Shown one piece after another: positions 17,215 through 25,192 of a stretch of 43,427 nt of DNA. This DNA is from an uncultured Candidatus Saccharibacteria bacterium (GTDB lineage: Bacteria > Patescibacteriota > Minisyncoccia > Phycocordibacterales > UBA9973). Each line of letters begins with the position of its first letter. The first letter of the stretch is position 1. The notes under the pieces are model-generated. The model searched no databases. It was given only the letters and a program-made list of their open reading frames with translations, and had not been told where the DNA came from. The stretch is from assembly GCA_964638985.1 (NCBI GenBank), contig CAZXCD010000005.1, positions 1-43,427 of the forward strand. Reading direction: 5' to 3'. The position numbers and the translations under genes were made by a program.

Positions 17215-17715
17215 ATGACAGAAAAATTACAAAAAATAATTAAAGAAGAAATTACGAAACTGCCTAAAGAAAATCAAGAAGTGATTAATGCTTTTGATTG
17301 GGTAAAAATAACGGAAGAAATTGGTAAAAAGTATCTTCTTGATGAAAATGAGATAAATGATTTACAAGTAGAAACGCTTTTGGTTTTGGTTGGGCTAGAA
17401 GAACCTGATTCTTTCGCAAAAAACATTGAAGACGAGGTGGGGACAAGTAAAGGAGAAGCGGATAAAATAACAGAGGAAATTTTACAAAAAATATTTATTC
17501 CGATAAATGATATCCTTATAGAGAACATTAAGAAAAGCGAAAAAATGAAAGACTCAAAATGGAATCAAAACCTTGATTTCATCCTCTCTGGTGGAAATTA
17601 TTCCAGTTTCTTGGAGAAAAGAGACAATATAGTTAATACAACCCCCACTTCCCCCTTGTCAGGGGGAACCACTTCTCCTCGCCCTGATAAGGGAGAGGTT
17701 GGGAGAGGGTTTTAG
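17215..17715 (+). CDS. hypothetical acidic protein (paralog of the next ORF)
   Basis: Shares the pattern LP.EN...INA..W....ET.L.L..L..P with ORF 17727. The C-terminal 25 aa derive from a repeat element. Confidence 0.5.
   Translation: MTEKLQKIIKEEITKLPKENQEVINAFDWVKITEEIGKKYLLDENEINDLQVETLLVLVGLEEPDSFAKNIEDEVGTSKGEADKITEEILQKIFIPINDILIENIKKSEKMKDSKWNQNLDFILSGGNYSSFLEKRDNIVNTTPTSPLSGGTTSPRPDKGEVGRGF
17640..17712 (+). repeat. GC-rich hairpin element (family B-like) forming the C-terminus of ORF 17215
   Basis: TTCCCCC-TTGTCA-GGGGGAA and CCTCGCCC-TGATAA-GGGAGAGG hairpins. Encodes TPTSPLSGGTTSPRPDKGEVGRGF, followed by the stop. Confidence 0.7.
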
Positions 17716-17726
17716 TAAAAAACAAT

Positions 17727-18479
17727 ATGGAAAACACAACTGATTTATTACAAATAAAAATTGAAAAAGCAAAAGCACAGTTGCCAGAGAATACATTGAA
17801 TGCTATCAATGCCGTCCCTTGGCAAGCCATCATATTACAGATGAGGGAGACAAAAGGATATAGCTTTGAACAATTAGGCGAATTAGAGACTGAAACAGAA
17901 TTATTACTCTGTGACCTTTTAAATCCGGAAAATTACCAAAAAGAATTGAAGGACCGCATGAAACTTTCAGACTCTCAGGTGAATGAATTAGTAAATGAAA
18001 TGAATAAACTTGTTTTTGTGAAAATAAAAGAAGAATTAATTAGAGGCACTGGAAATAAAAAAGTCTCCACAAACGAAACCAAAAATGCTCAGAATATCCC
18101 TATTAAAACCGCGCTAAGTGACAAAGAGCAAGAAAGAGACACCCAGATCCTAAAATCCGCCGGGATTGAGATTATTCCGGACCTGCCCGCAGCACCTTCA
18201 GCACAGCTGATGCAGGCGGGAAAGTTGGAAATAAGTTCTCCTCTTGAGGAGTACTCCACCCATAAAGTGGAGGGAGGTGGAAATGCATCCACCCCGGCTA
18301 AGGCCACCCCTCAAGAGGGGAATATTCATCCAATCTTGACTCAAAAATTGTCCGGCTTTGTGAAGAATAGTGTCGTGGAGACAGACCATTCTTTGCATAA
18401 TATTTCTCCAAAAGAATCCGAGAACACTCCCGGTGGTAATGTAAAAAAAATAGACCCCTATCGCGAGATTCCAGAATAA
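17727..18479 (+). CDS. hypothetical protein (paralog of ORF 17215)
   Basis: N-terminal similarity to the preceding ORF; carries a four-hairpin GC-rich insert. Confidence 0.5.
   Translation: MENTTDLLQIKIEKAKAQLPENTLNAINAVPWQAIILQMRETKGYSFEQLGELETETELLLCDLLNPENYQKELKDRMKLSDSQVNELVNEMNKLVFVKIKEELIRGTGNKKVSTNETKNAQNIPIKTALSDKEQERDTQILKSAGIEIIPDLPAAPSAQLMQAGKLEISSPLEEYSTHKVEGGGNASTPAKATPQEGNIHPILTQKLSGFVKNSVVETDHSLHNISPKESENTPGGNVKKIDPYREIPE
18238..18320 (+). repeat. four consecutive short GC-rich hairpins, in-frame in ORF 17727
   Basis: CTCCTC..GAGGAG, CTCCAC-N7-GTGGAG, GGTGG-N8-CCACC, CCCCTC..GAGGGG. Encodes SPLEEYSTHKVEGGGNASTPAKATPQEG. Confidence 0.7.
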
Positions 18480-18493
18480 GTTATAATTAACAA

Positions 18494-18919
18494 ATGCAGT
18501 TCAAGGTACCTCAATTTTTAGACATAGAGGACAAAATATTCGGCCCCTTTACTTTTAGGGAGTTTGCTTATTTGGCCGGTGGCGCAGGTCTGTGCTTCGT
18601 CCTTTACAAATTGCTTGGGCTTATTTTCGGAGCCATCCCTATTTTAATTATCGCCGGGTTTTCCATCGCCCTGACTTTCTACAAACCAAACAACAAACCC
18701 TTCATCAATATGATAGAGGCGGGATTTAAATATTTTACCCAAAACAAGCTTTATATTTGGAAAAAGCATGCGGGCAAAACCTCACCTCCAGCCCCTCTCC
18801 CGAGAGGAGAGAGTGGCGAAAAGCCGGGTGAGGTGGGTTCAAAATTAAACGGGAGCAGACTCCGAGACTTGGCGTGGAGTCTGGACGTTTTGGATTTAAG
18901 TAAACAAAAAAAGAGTTAA
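18494..18919 (+). CDS. PrgI-like (VirB3-analogue) T4SS membrane protein
   Basis: N-terminus MQFKVPQFLDIEDKIFGPFTFREF followed by two TM helices, as I recall for the PrgI family. It sits immediately upstream of the VirB4-like genes. Confidence 0.6.
   Translation: MQFKVPQFLDIEDKIFGPFTFREFAYLAGGAGLCFVLYKLLGLIFGAIPILIIAGFSIALTFYKPNNKPFINMIEAGFKYFTQNKLYIWKKHAGKTSPPAPLPRGESGEKPGEVGSKLNGSRLRDLAWSLDVLDLSKQKKS
18779..18834 (+). repeat. GC-rich hairpin element, family C, in-frame in the prgI-like gene
   Basis: Terminal inverted repeat ACCTCACC...GGTGAGGT encloses CCTCTCC-CGAGA-GGAGAGA. Encodes TSPPAPLPRGESGEKPGEV. Confidence 0.75.
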
Positions 18920-18923
18920 TTTT

Positions 18924-19562
18924 ATGGCCTTAAACGCAAAAGCAACACAAGAATTCATACCAATCAAAGAAATACGCGATGGAATCATCGTACTAAAAGG
19001 GGGCGAACTCCGAGCAATTGTGCTTGCCAACTCGGTCAACCTATCCTTAAAATCGTCCGATGAACAAAAGGCAACCATTCTTCAATTCCAGAATTTTTTA
19101 AACACTTTGGATTTCCCTGTACAAATCTCGGTCCAGTCCAGAAGGCTAGACATCAGGCCGTACCTTCTGCTTTTGGAAAACAGAATCAAAGTGCAAAGCG
19201 AGCCCTTGATTAAACTGCAGACGAAAGAGTATATAGAATTCATCAGAAACTTTACCGAATCGGTAGCCATCATGACAAAAAGTTTCTTTATCGTGATACC
19301 ATATTCTCACACTGTGTTTAAATCCGATTCTGGGATATTGGGGAGATTGTTTTCTAAAAAAAGCAAACAAGAGGCGCAAGCGCTAAAACAAATAGACTTT
19401 GAGGAAAAGAGATCTCAGTTGGAAGAAAGAGTGGCGGTCATCCAGCAAGGATTGTCCCGTTGCGGTATAAATTCTGCTCAGTTGGACACAGAAGAGGTAG
19501 TGGAAGTATTTTATAAAGTTTTCAACCCGGGAGAATTGGAGGGGAAAATTAAGATAGAGTAA
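18924..19562 (+). CDS. VirB4 N-terminal-domain-like protein (separate ORF)
   Basis: ATQEFIPIKEIRDGIIVLKGGELRAIVLANSVNLSLKSSDEQKATILQFQNFLNTL...FYKVFNPG resembles, from memory, the first ~200 aa of Gram-positive VirB4-class ATPases (Tn916 Orf16 / PrgJ type). Confidence 0.5.
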   Translation: MALNAKATQEFIPIKEIRDGIIVLKGGELRAIVLANSVNLSLKSSDEQKATILQFQNFLNTLDFPVQISVQSRRLDIRPYLLLLENRIKVQSEPLIKLQTKEYIEFIRNFTESVAIMTKSFFIVIPYSHTVFKSDSGILGRLFSKKSKQEAQALKQIDFEEKRSQLEERVAVIQQGLSRCGINSAQLDTEEVVEVFYKVFNPGELEGKIKIE

Positions 19563-19566
19563 TATT

Positions 19567-21417
19567 ATGGACTTTTTTAAAAAATTATTAGGTGGGAAAA
19601 AAGCGACGGAAGAAAAGGAAGTGAGAGCTTCTGTCTTGGCGGTGATGCCAGAAGAAATTTATCAGTCCGCCACCCTGGAACTCCAAGATGTCATCGCACC
19701 ATCAGCTTTAAAAATCGCCTCCAAATCCATAAGTCTGGGAGATAAAATTGCTCGCACTTTTTTTATTATTTCTTACCCTAGATTCCTGACGGACAATTGG
19801 TTTTCTCCCATAATCAACTTAGATAAGGTTTTTGATATTTCCATTTTCATCCATCCGATAGACACCTCCCTAGTACTCCGACAATTCCAGAAAAAAGTCG
19901 CCGAAGTACAGAGCCAGATAAGTGTGCGCGAAGCGAAGGGAATGGTGCGCGACCCGATGCTTGATACCGCTTATCAAGATTTGGAAGGGCTCCGCAACAA
20001 TTTGATTCAAGCGCAAGAAAAAATGTTTGACGTGGGCATTTACATTACAATTTATGCCGACAACGAACTGGAACTTTTCAAAATAGAAAATGAGATAAAA
20101 TCAATCCTGGAATCAAAGCTCATCTACATCAAACCGGCGCTCTTCCAACAGGAAGATGGTTTCAAGAGCGTTATCCCCATAAACACAGACCTGCTCGGCA
20201 TTCATCAGAAGTTGAATTCTGAACCGCTTAGTAGCGTCTTCCCATTTATCTCCTTTGACCTGACCTCCGACAAAGGTATACTCTACGGCATCAACAGACA
20301 CAACTCCAGTCTGGTCATCTTTGACAGATTTTCTTTGGAAAATTACAACTCAGTAACCTTCGCCAAGTCCGGCTCCGGAAAATCTTACGCAACAAAATTG
20401 GAAATCTTAAGATCGCTAATGTTTGACGTGGATGTCATTGTGATAGACCCGGAGAGGGAATATGAATTCTTGTCGGAGGCCGTGGGGGGAAGATATTTTA
20501 ATATTTCTCTTTCTTCAGACCACCACATCAATCCTTTTGACCTGCCCATCCCGCACGAAGATGAAACAGCCGAGGATGTTTTGCGTTCAAACATAATAAA
20601 CTTGGTAGGACTTTTCAGATTGATGTTGGGCGGACTGACTCCCGAAGAAGATTCAATGGTGGACCGAGCTATTTCCGAAACTTACGCCATGAAAGATATC
20701 ACTCCCGAGTCTGATTTCTCAAACATTGAGCCTCCGCTTCTCTCAGACTTTGAGTTGGTGCTCGGAGGAATGGACGGAAGCGATTCAATAGTCACCAGGT
20801 TGGCGAAATATACGCGCGGTTCTTGGGCGACATTCTTAAACAGACCATCCAATGTGGATATCAACAAAAAATTCGTGGTATTTTCCGTCCGTGACATGGA
20901 GGACGAACTGAAACCAGTAGCCATGTACATCATTATGCATTACATCTGGAATACGATAAGAAAAAATCTAAAAAAACGCTTACTGGTCGTAGACGAGGCC
21001 TGGTGGATGATGAAATCCGAAGACACCGCGTCATTCTTGTACTCTATCGCCAAGAGAGGCAGAAAATATTACCTGGGTCTTTCCACCATCACCCAAGACG
21101 CGGCAGACTTTATGAAGTCTCCATATGGTGTGCCTATCATTACCAACTCTTCCATTCAGCTTCTCCTCAAACAATCGCCCACTACTATAGATATTTTGCA
21201 AAAAACCTTCAACCTTACAGATGAAGAAAAATATTTGCTCTTGGAATCCGGACTCGGGGAGGGCATCTTCTTCGCGGGGTTAAAACACGTCGCCATAAAG
21301 GTTATTTCTTCTTACACAGAAGACCAGATAATCACCTCAGACCCTTCACAGATACTTTCAAATAGAAAAGCCAAGGAAGAGCAGGAACGGGCGGAGACTG
21401 AAAGAACCTCACCCTAG
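19567..21417 (+). CDS. virB4: VirB4-like T4SS ATPase (central and C-terminal ATPase part)
   Basis: Walker A FAKSGSGKSYATK, Walker B LLVVDEAWWMM, and the IAPSALK....FFIISYPRFL pattern typical of VirB4/TraC-like proteins. Confidence 0.85.
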   Translation: MDFFKKLLGGKKATEEKEVRASVLAVMPEEIYQSATLELQDVIAPSALKIASKSISLGDKIARTFFIISYPRFLTDNWFSPIINLDKVFDISIFIHPIDTSLVLRQFQKKVAEVQSQISVREAKGMVRDPMLDTAYQDLEGLRNNLIQAQEKMFDVGIYITIYADNELELFKIENEIKSILESKLIYIKPALFQQEDGFKSVIPINTDLLGIHQKLNSEPLSSVFPFISFDLTSDKGILYGINRHNSSLVIFDRFSLENYNSVTFAKSGSGKSYATKLEILRSLMFDVDVIVIDPEREYEFLSEAVGGRYFNISLSSDHHINPFDLPIPHEDETAEDVLRSNIINLVGLFRLMLGGLTPEEDSMVDRAISETYAMKDITPESDFSNIEPPLLSDFELVLGGMDGSDSIVTRLAKYTRGSWATFLNRPSNVDINKKFVVFSVRDMEDELKPVAMYIIMHYIWNTIRKNLKKRLLVVDEAWWMMKSEDTASFLYSIAKRGRKYYLGLSTITQDAADFMKSPYGVPIITNSSIQLLLKQSPTTIDILQKTFNLTDEEKYLLLESGLGEGIFFAGLKHVAIKVISSYTEDQIITSDPSQILSNRKAKEEQERAETERTSP

Positions 21418-21484
21418 CCCTCTCCTGGAAGGAGAGGGGGAAATTAGTCCCTTCCCATTCCAGGGGAAGGCGGGGGATGAGGTT
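21405..21484 (+). repeat. GC-rich hairpin element, family C (full copy), overlapping the virB4 stop codon
   Basis: Perfect terminal inverted repeat AACCTCA...TGAGGTT. Inner hairpins CCCTCTCC-TGGAA-GGAGAGGG and CCTTCCC-N7-GGGAAGG. The virB4 TAG lies inside the element. Confidence 0.8.
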
Positions 21485-21516
21485 AGCATTAGGAAATGCT
21501 ATAATAATCACAAGTT

Positions 21517-22503
21517 ATGCAATTCAGATTTTTACCTTCATATTTAATAGCAATGCTTTTGTTGCTAGGAATCTTTTTACCTTCTAGCGCACTGGCTGTT
21601 TCTTCCAGTAGTATTTTGGTTGATGTGGTCCCAGAAAACCCGGCTCCAAATGAAAATGTAAGCATAAGCCTAAGCAGCTATGCCAGCAATCTAGACAGTG
21701 TTTTAATAAATTGGTCGGTAAATGGCAAGACCATGCTGTCTGGAATCGGCAAAAAATCTTTTTCCCTTAAAGCTCCAGATGCCGGAGGAGAAACAAGCAT
21801 CGTAGCTTCTATTTCTTTGCCGGATGGCACCATGGACAAGAGAATAATGATCCGGCCGTCTGTGATGGCGCTTCTTTGGCAAGCCAATGACTCTTATGTT
21901 CCGCCATTTTATCGTGGCAAGGCCATGCCGACAGTGGGAAGTGAAATAAAAATAGTGGCAATTCCGGAAATTAAAAACGGTAATCAAACGGTAAATCCTA
22001 AAAACATTGTCTATGCCTGGAAAAGAGATTATACCAACAAGCAAGACAGCTCTGGCTATGGCAAGAGTTCTTTTACTTATGTGGATGACTACTTAGAAGA
22101 CTCCAGCACCATAGGAGTGACCGCCACCACCACAGACCAAAAGTATTCTTCTTCCGCAAGCATCAATGTGCAGGCGGGGGAACCAAAAATTTTATTTTAT
22201 ACGAAGGATGCAACTTTGGGAACACTTTGGGAAAAATCTCTCTCTGACGGACACCAAATACAAGGCAATGAAATTATTGAAGCTGCGCCATATTTTATTT
22301 CCCCTAAAGAAATCAGAATCCCGACCCTCGTATTCAACTGGTTCATTAATGATTACCAAATCGCCGTCCCTTCTTATAAGAAGAATATTATGCCACTCGC
22401 GGTACAATCTGGAACATCGGGAACGTCAATAATAAAACTGAAAATTGAGGACACTTATAAAATATTCGTAGACGCAAGTAAGGAGCTTAAGGTAGAATTT
22501 TAA
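21517..22503 (+). CDS. secreted hypothetical protein (beta-rich), T4SS-like cluster
   Basis: Signal peptide (LLLLGIFLPSSALA). TATAAT lies just upstream, after an AGCATT/AATGCT hairpin. Confidence 0.55.
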   Translation: MQFRFLPSYLIAMLLLLGIFLPSSALAVSSSSILVDVVPENPAPNENVSISLSSYASNLDSVLINWSVNGKTMLSGIGKKSFSLKAPDAGGETSIVASISLPDGTMDKRIMIRPSVMALLWQANDSYVPPFYRGKAMPTVGSEIKIVAIPEIKNGNQTVNPKNIVYAWKRDYTNKQDSSGYGKSSFTYVDDYLEDSSTIGVTATTTDQKYSSSASINVQAGEPKILFYTKDATLGTLWEKSLSDGHQIQGNEIIEAAPYFISPKEIRIPTLVFNWFINDYQIAVPSYKKNIMPLAVQSGTSGTSIIKLKIEDTYKIFVDASKELKVEF

Positions 22504-22511
22504 TACCCAGT

Positions 22512-23804
22512 ATGATTTTATTAAATCAAATGAAAAAACTTTTTATTTACATTTCAATACTAATAGTAATAACCGGAATATTTAGTCCAATATTTAAAAC
22601 AGAAGCGGCAGATCCTCAGATGGGGACTTGTACCTACACGTATGAATCCTATGGTAAACCTGTTATTGAAAAAACTCGTACCATAAAAGATAATTGTAAA
22701 GGACCAGATAGGGTGTGGGAACCGGATACTGCTCCATCAGCAGACACAGCACTAGGAACTTGTACCTACACGTATGAATCCTATGGTACTCAAAAATTTG
22801 AACTTACTCGCACCTTTAAAACTAATTGCACTGGAGCAGACAGAACCTGGAAGGAATCAACGCTGGCAGAATTTCAAGCAGAAAAAGCTGCCAAGGAAGG
22901 CACTGGCGGTGAAAAAGATGATGGTTTTGTGGGACCTCCAGATCCATATTATCATTTTTTAGCCCCATTACCTTGCGAACCAGGAACTCCCGATTGTGAC
23001 AGCAGTGGAAAACTTATAACCTTTGATCCTAGTGGAGAAAACAAAATAGGTGGGTATTTGAATGTAATGATACGAATATTCATTGGTATGTGCGCCGTGT
23101 TGGCGGTGATAATGATTGTCGTGGGGGGCATAGAATATATGACGAGTGAGTTGATATCAAATAAAGAAAATGGCAAACACCGGATTACCGGCGCAATCTT
23201 CGGACTTGTACTGGCCTTAGGAGCCTGGACGCTTCTAAATACAATCAATCCTGATTTATTGAAGACAGATTTAACAAGTTTGCAAAATGTAGAGGTGGTA
23301 GTAGATCTAGGTGGTGAAGGAAATACTCCACTCAATGAAACAACGATCCAAAATGATTTAAAAGGTGTCGGCATTGTTTGCCCTAAAGATGGTGGGGCTG
23401 GAGCACTTTCTGGAATTGCCCAATCTTATGTTGGACACTCAACTTATAGTATGGAAAAAAGAAATACCACAAGTGGAGGGATAGCTTATGTTGATTGTTC
23501 TTCTTATTTGAGTCAGGTCTATGTATGTGCGGGGCTTAGAAACCCTGGAGGTACCTCTCTTGGAATATTTGGCTCAGGAAGTACCCCTGTCACAAGCATT
23601 AGTACAGACGGAACAACAATAAATGGTGTGGCTCTAAAAATTGGTGACTTAATCGGATGGACCGCGGGTGGAAAAGAAAAATATGGCCATGTTATGATGT
23701 ATGTGGGTGGCGGAAAAATGATTGACGCACAAGGACAAGGTGGTGTAGCAATAAGGGCGGTAAGTTCCTACGCAGCAAGAATAAAATTTGTTAAAAAACT
23801 TTAA
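22512..23804 (+). CDS. fusion protein: tandem Cys modules + TrbC/VirB2-like pilin hairpin + NlpC/P60 cell-wall hydrolase
   Basis: Signal peptide. Two 44-aa repeats (GTCTYTYESYG...NC.G.DR.W). Two TM helices (IGGYLNVMIRIFIGMCAVLAVIMIVVGG / ITGAIFGLVLALGAWTLL). NlpC/P60 Cys (VDCSSYLSQVY) and His (GHVMMYVGGGKMIDA). Confidence 0.7.
   Translation: MILLNQMKKLFIYISILIVITGIFSPIFKTEAADPQMGTCTYTYESYGKPVIEKTRTIKDNCKGPDRVWEPDTAPSADTALGTCTYTYESYGTQKFELTRTFKTNCTGADRTWKESTLAEFQAEKAAKEGTGGEKDDGFVGPPDPYYHFLAPLPCEPGTPDCDSSGKLITFDPSGENKIGGYLNVMIRIFIGMCAVLAVIMIVVGGIEYMTSELISNKENGKHRITGAIFGLVLALGAWTLLNTINPDLLKTDLTSLQNVEVVVDLGGEGNTPLNETTIQNDLKGVGIVCPKDGGAGALSGIAQSYVGHSTYSMEKRNTTSGGIAYVDCSSYLSQVYVCAGLRNPGGTSLGIFGSGSTPVTSISTDGTTINGVALKIGDLIGWTAGGKEKYGHVMMYVGGGKMIDAQGQGGVAIRAVSSYAARIKFVKKL
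22626..22788 (+). repeat. intragenic tandem duplication (exact 31-mer ACTTGTACCTACACGTATGAATCCTATGGTA at 22626 and 22758, period 132 nt)
   Basis: Read directly. Corresponds to the duplicated 44-aa Cys module. Confidence 0.85.
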
Positions 23805-23808
23805 TTTT

Positions 23809-25191
23809 ATGTCAAAAAGAAACTTTATACTTTTAACAATAATCTTAACCATCATCGTGCTAGCAGTATTGGGATTTTTGTATTCACAGCGCAACGTGAC
23901 GACCCCCGGGGAAGACAGCTCCGGCACAAATTTCATTTCGCAATTTAACCCATTCGGGAGCGATAAGCCCACCCCCACTCCACCTGGAACAACCCCCACC
24001 GATGTTTCTGGTTACGAGCCTGGACCAGAACAAGAAGAAGTGAAGTTAAAAAAAGTTTCCAGTATGCCTGTAGCCGGTTTCACTGTCTATCCTAAAGAAA
24101 GATTGAAAGAGGTAGCAGTAGCTCCCCTCCTTGTGGAGGAGGGGGTTGGGGGTGGTGCTAGCTCTACAACACCACCTCCCCCTTCGGGTACTCCTCCTCA
24201 GAAAGGAGGAGAGGGATCCAAACCCACCCCACCAGCAACAGAGTTTGCATCTGCTCTCCGATATGTAGATAGGGTCACAGGAAATATTTACCAAACTTTC
24301 GCGGATAAAATAGAAGAGAGGAGGTTTTCAACCACAACGATACCTAAAGTATATGAAGCATTCTTTGGCAACAAAGGGACTTCTGTGGTGATGCGATATT
24401 TGAAAGAAGATAGTACAACCATTACGACTTTTGTCGGCAATCTCCCGAAAGAGCTACTCGGAGGGGACTCTACCGAGGACAATGAAATAAAGGGGGTGTT
24501 CTTACCGGAAGATGTGCGGGATGTAAGTCTATCCCAAGATGCCGGAAGCATTTTTTATCTGTTTAATGTTGGAGAAAACATCGTGGGTACGACTTTAGGC
24601 TTAACCACCAATAAAAAATCCCAAATTTTTGATTCACCTTTTACCGAATGGCTGTCCCGGTGGCCGAATAACAAACTAATCACTCTCACCACCAAACCCG
24701 CCTCCGGAGTTCCCGGATACGTGTATGGGATAGACCTGCTAAACAACAAAAATTTACGCCAAATCTTCGGTAATATAAACGGGTTGACTACACTCACGAG
24801 CCCTAATGGCAAATTGATTCTTTATGGAAATGATGGTTTATCTCTAGGTATTTATCACACGGACACAAAAGTATCGGAATCGCTTGGAATAAAAACTCTG
24901 CCGGAAAAATGTGTTTGGGGAATGGCTAGTGATGTAGTTTATTGTGGAGTACCTGGATCCATAGCTGGGGCGGGTTATCCTGATGCCTGGTATCGCGGAG
25001 AAGTATCTTTCGTAGATCAAATTTGGAAAATAGATATAACTTCCGGAAATGCCACCCTCCTTGTAGACCCGATGACAACAGAAGGAGGGGAGGAAGTGGA
25101 TAGTATAAAACTTGCGCTAGATGCAGACGAAAATTATTTATTTTTTGTAAACAAAAAAGATTCCTTTCTTTGGGAACTTAAATTAAAATAA
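23809..25191 (+). CDS. membrane-anchored hypothetical protein, possibly beta-propeller-like
   Basis: ATG 23809 gives a signal-anchor (MSKRNFILLTIILTIIVLAVLGF). The ORF-track TTG start at 23788 overlaps the upstream gene. Carries a family B insert. Confidence 0.55.
   Translation: MSKRNFILLTIILTIIVLAVLGFLYSQRNVTTPGEDSSGTNFISQFNPFGSDKPTPTPPGTTPTDVSGYEPGPEQEEVKLKKVSSMPVAGFTVYPKERLKEVAVAPLLVEEGVGGGASSTTPPPPSGTPPQKGGEGSKPTPPATEFASALRYVDRVTGNIYQTFADKIEERRFSTTTIPKVYEAFFGNKGTSVVMRYLKEDSTTITTFVGNLPKELLGGDSTEDNEIKGVFLPEDVRDVSLSQDAGSIFYLFNVGENIVGTTLGLTTNKKSQIFDSPFTEWLSRWPNNKLITLTTKPASGVPGYVYGIDLLNNKNLRQIFGNINGLTTLTSPNGKLILYGNDGLSLGIYHTDTKVSESLGIKTLPEKCVWGMASDVVYCGVPGSIAGAGYPDAWYRGEVSFVDQIWKIDITSGNATLLVDPMTTEGGEEVDSIKLALDADENYLFFVNKKDSFLWELKLK
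24122..24216 (+). repeat. GC-rich multi-hairpin element, family B, in-frame in ORF 23809
   Basis: Collinear with the rsmA copy. Encodes PLLVEEGVGGGASSTTPPPPSGTPPQKGGEG. Confidence 0.8.
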
Positions 25192-25192
25192 A

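Noticed and set aside
11309-25191. The T4SS-like cluster as an integrative conjugative element or prophage
   Set aside because: The window shows no integrase, relaxase, coupling ATPase, replication or capsid genes and no flanking direct repeats. The cluster's composition matches the host, and it is flanked by rsmA and the origin-proximal operon. Genes outside the window cannot be excluded.
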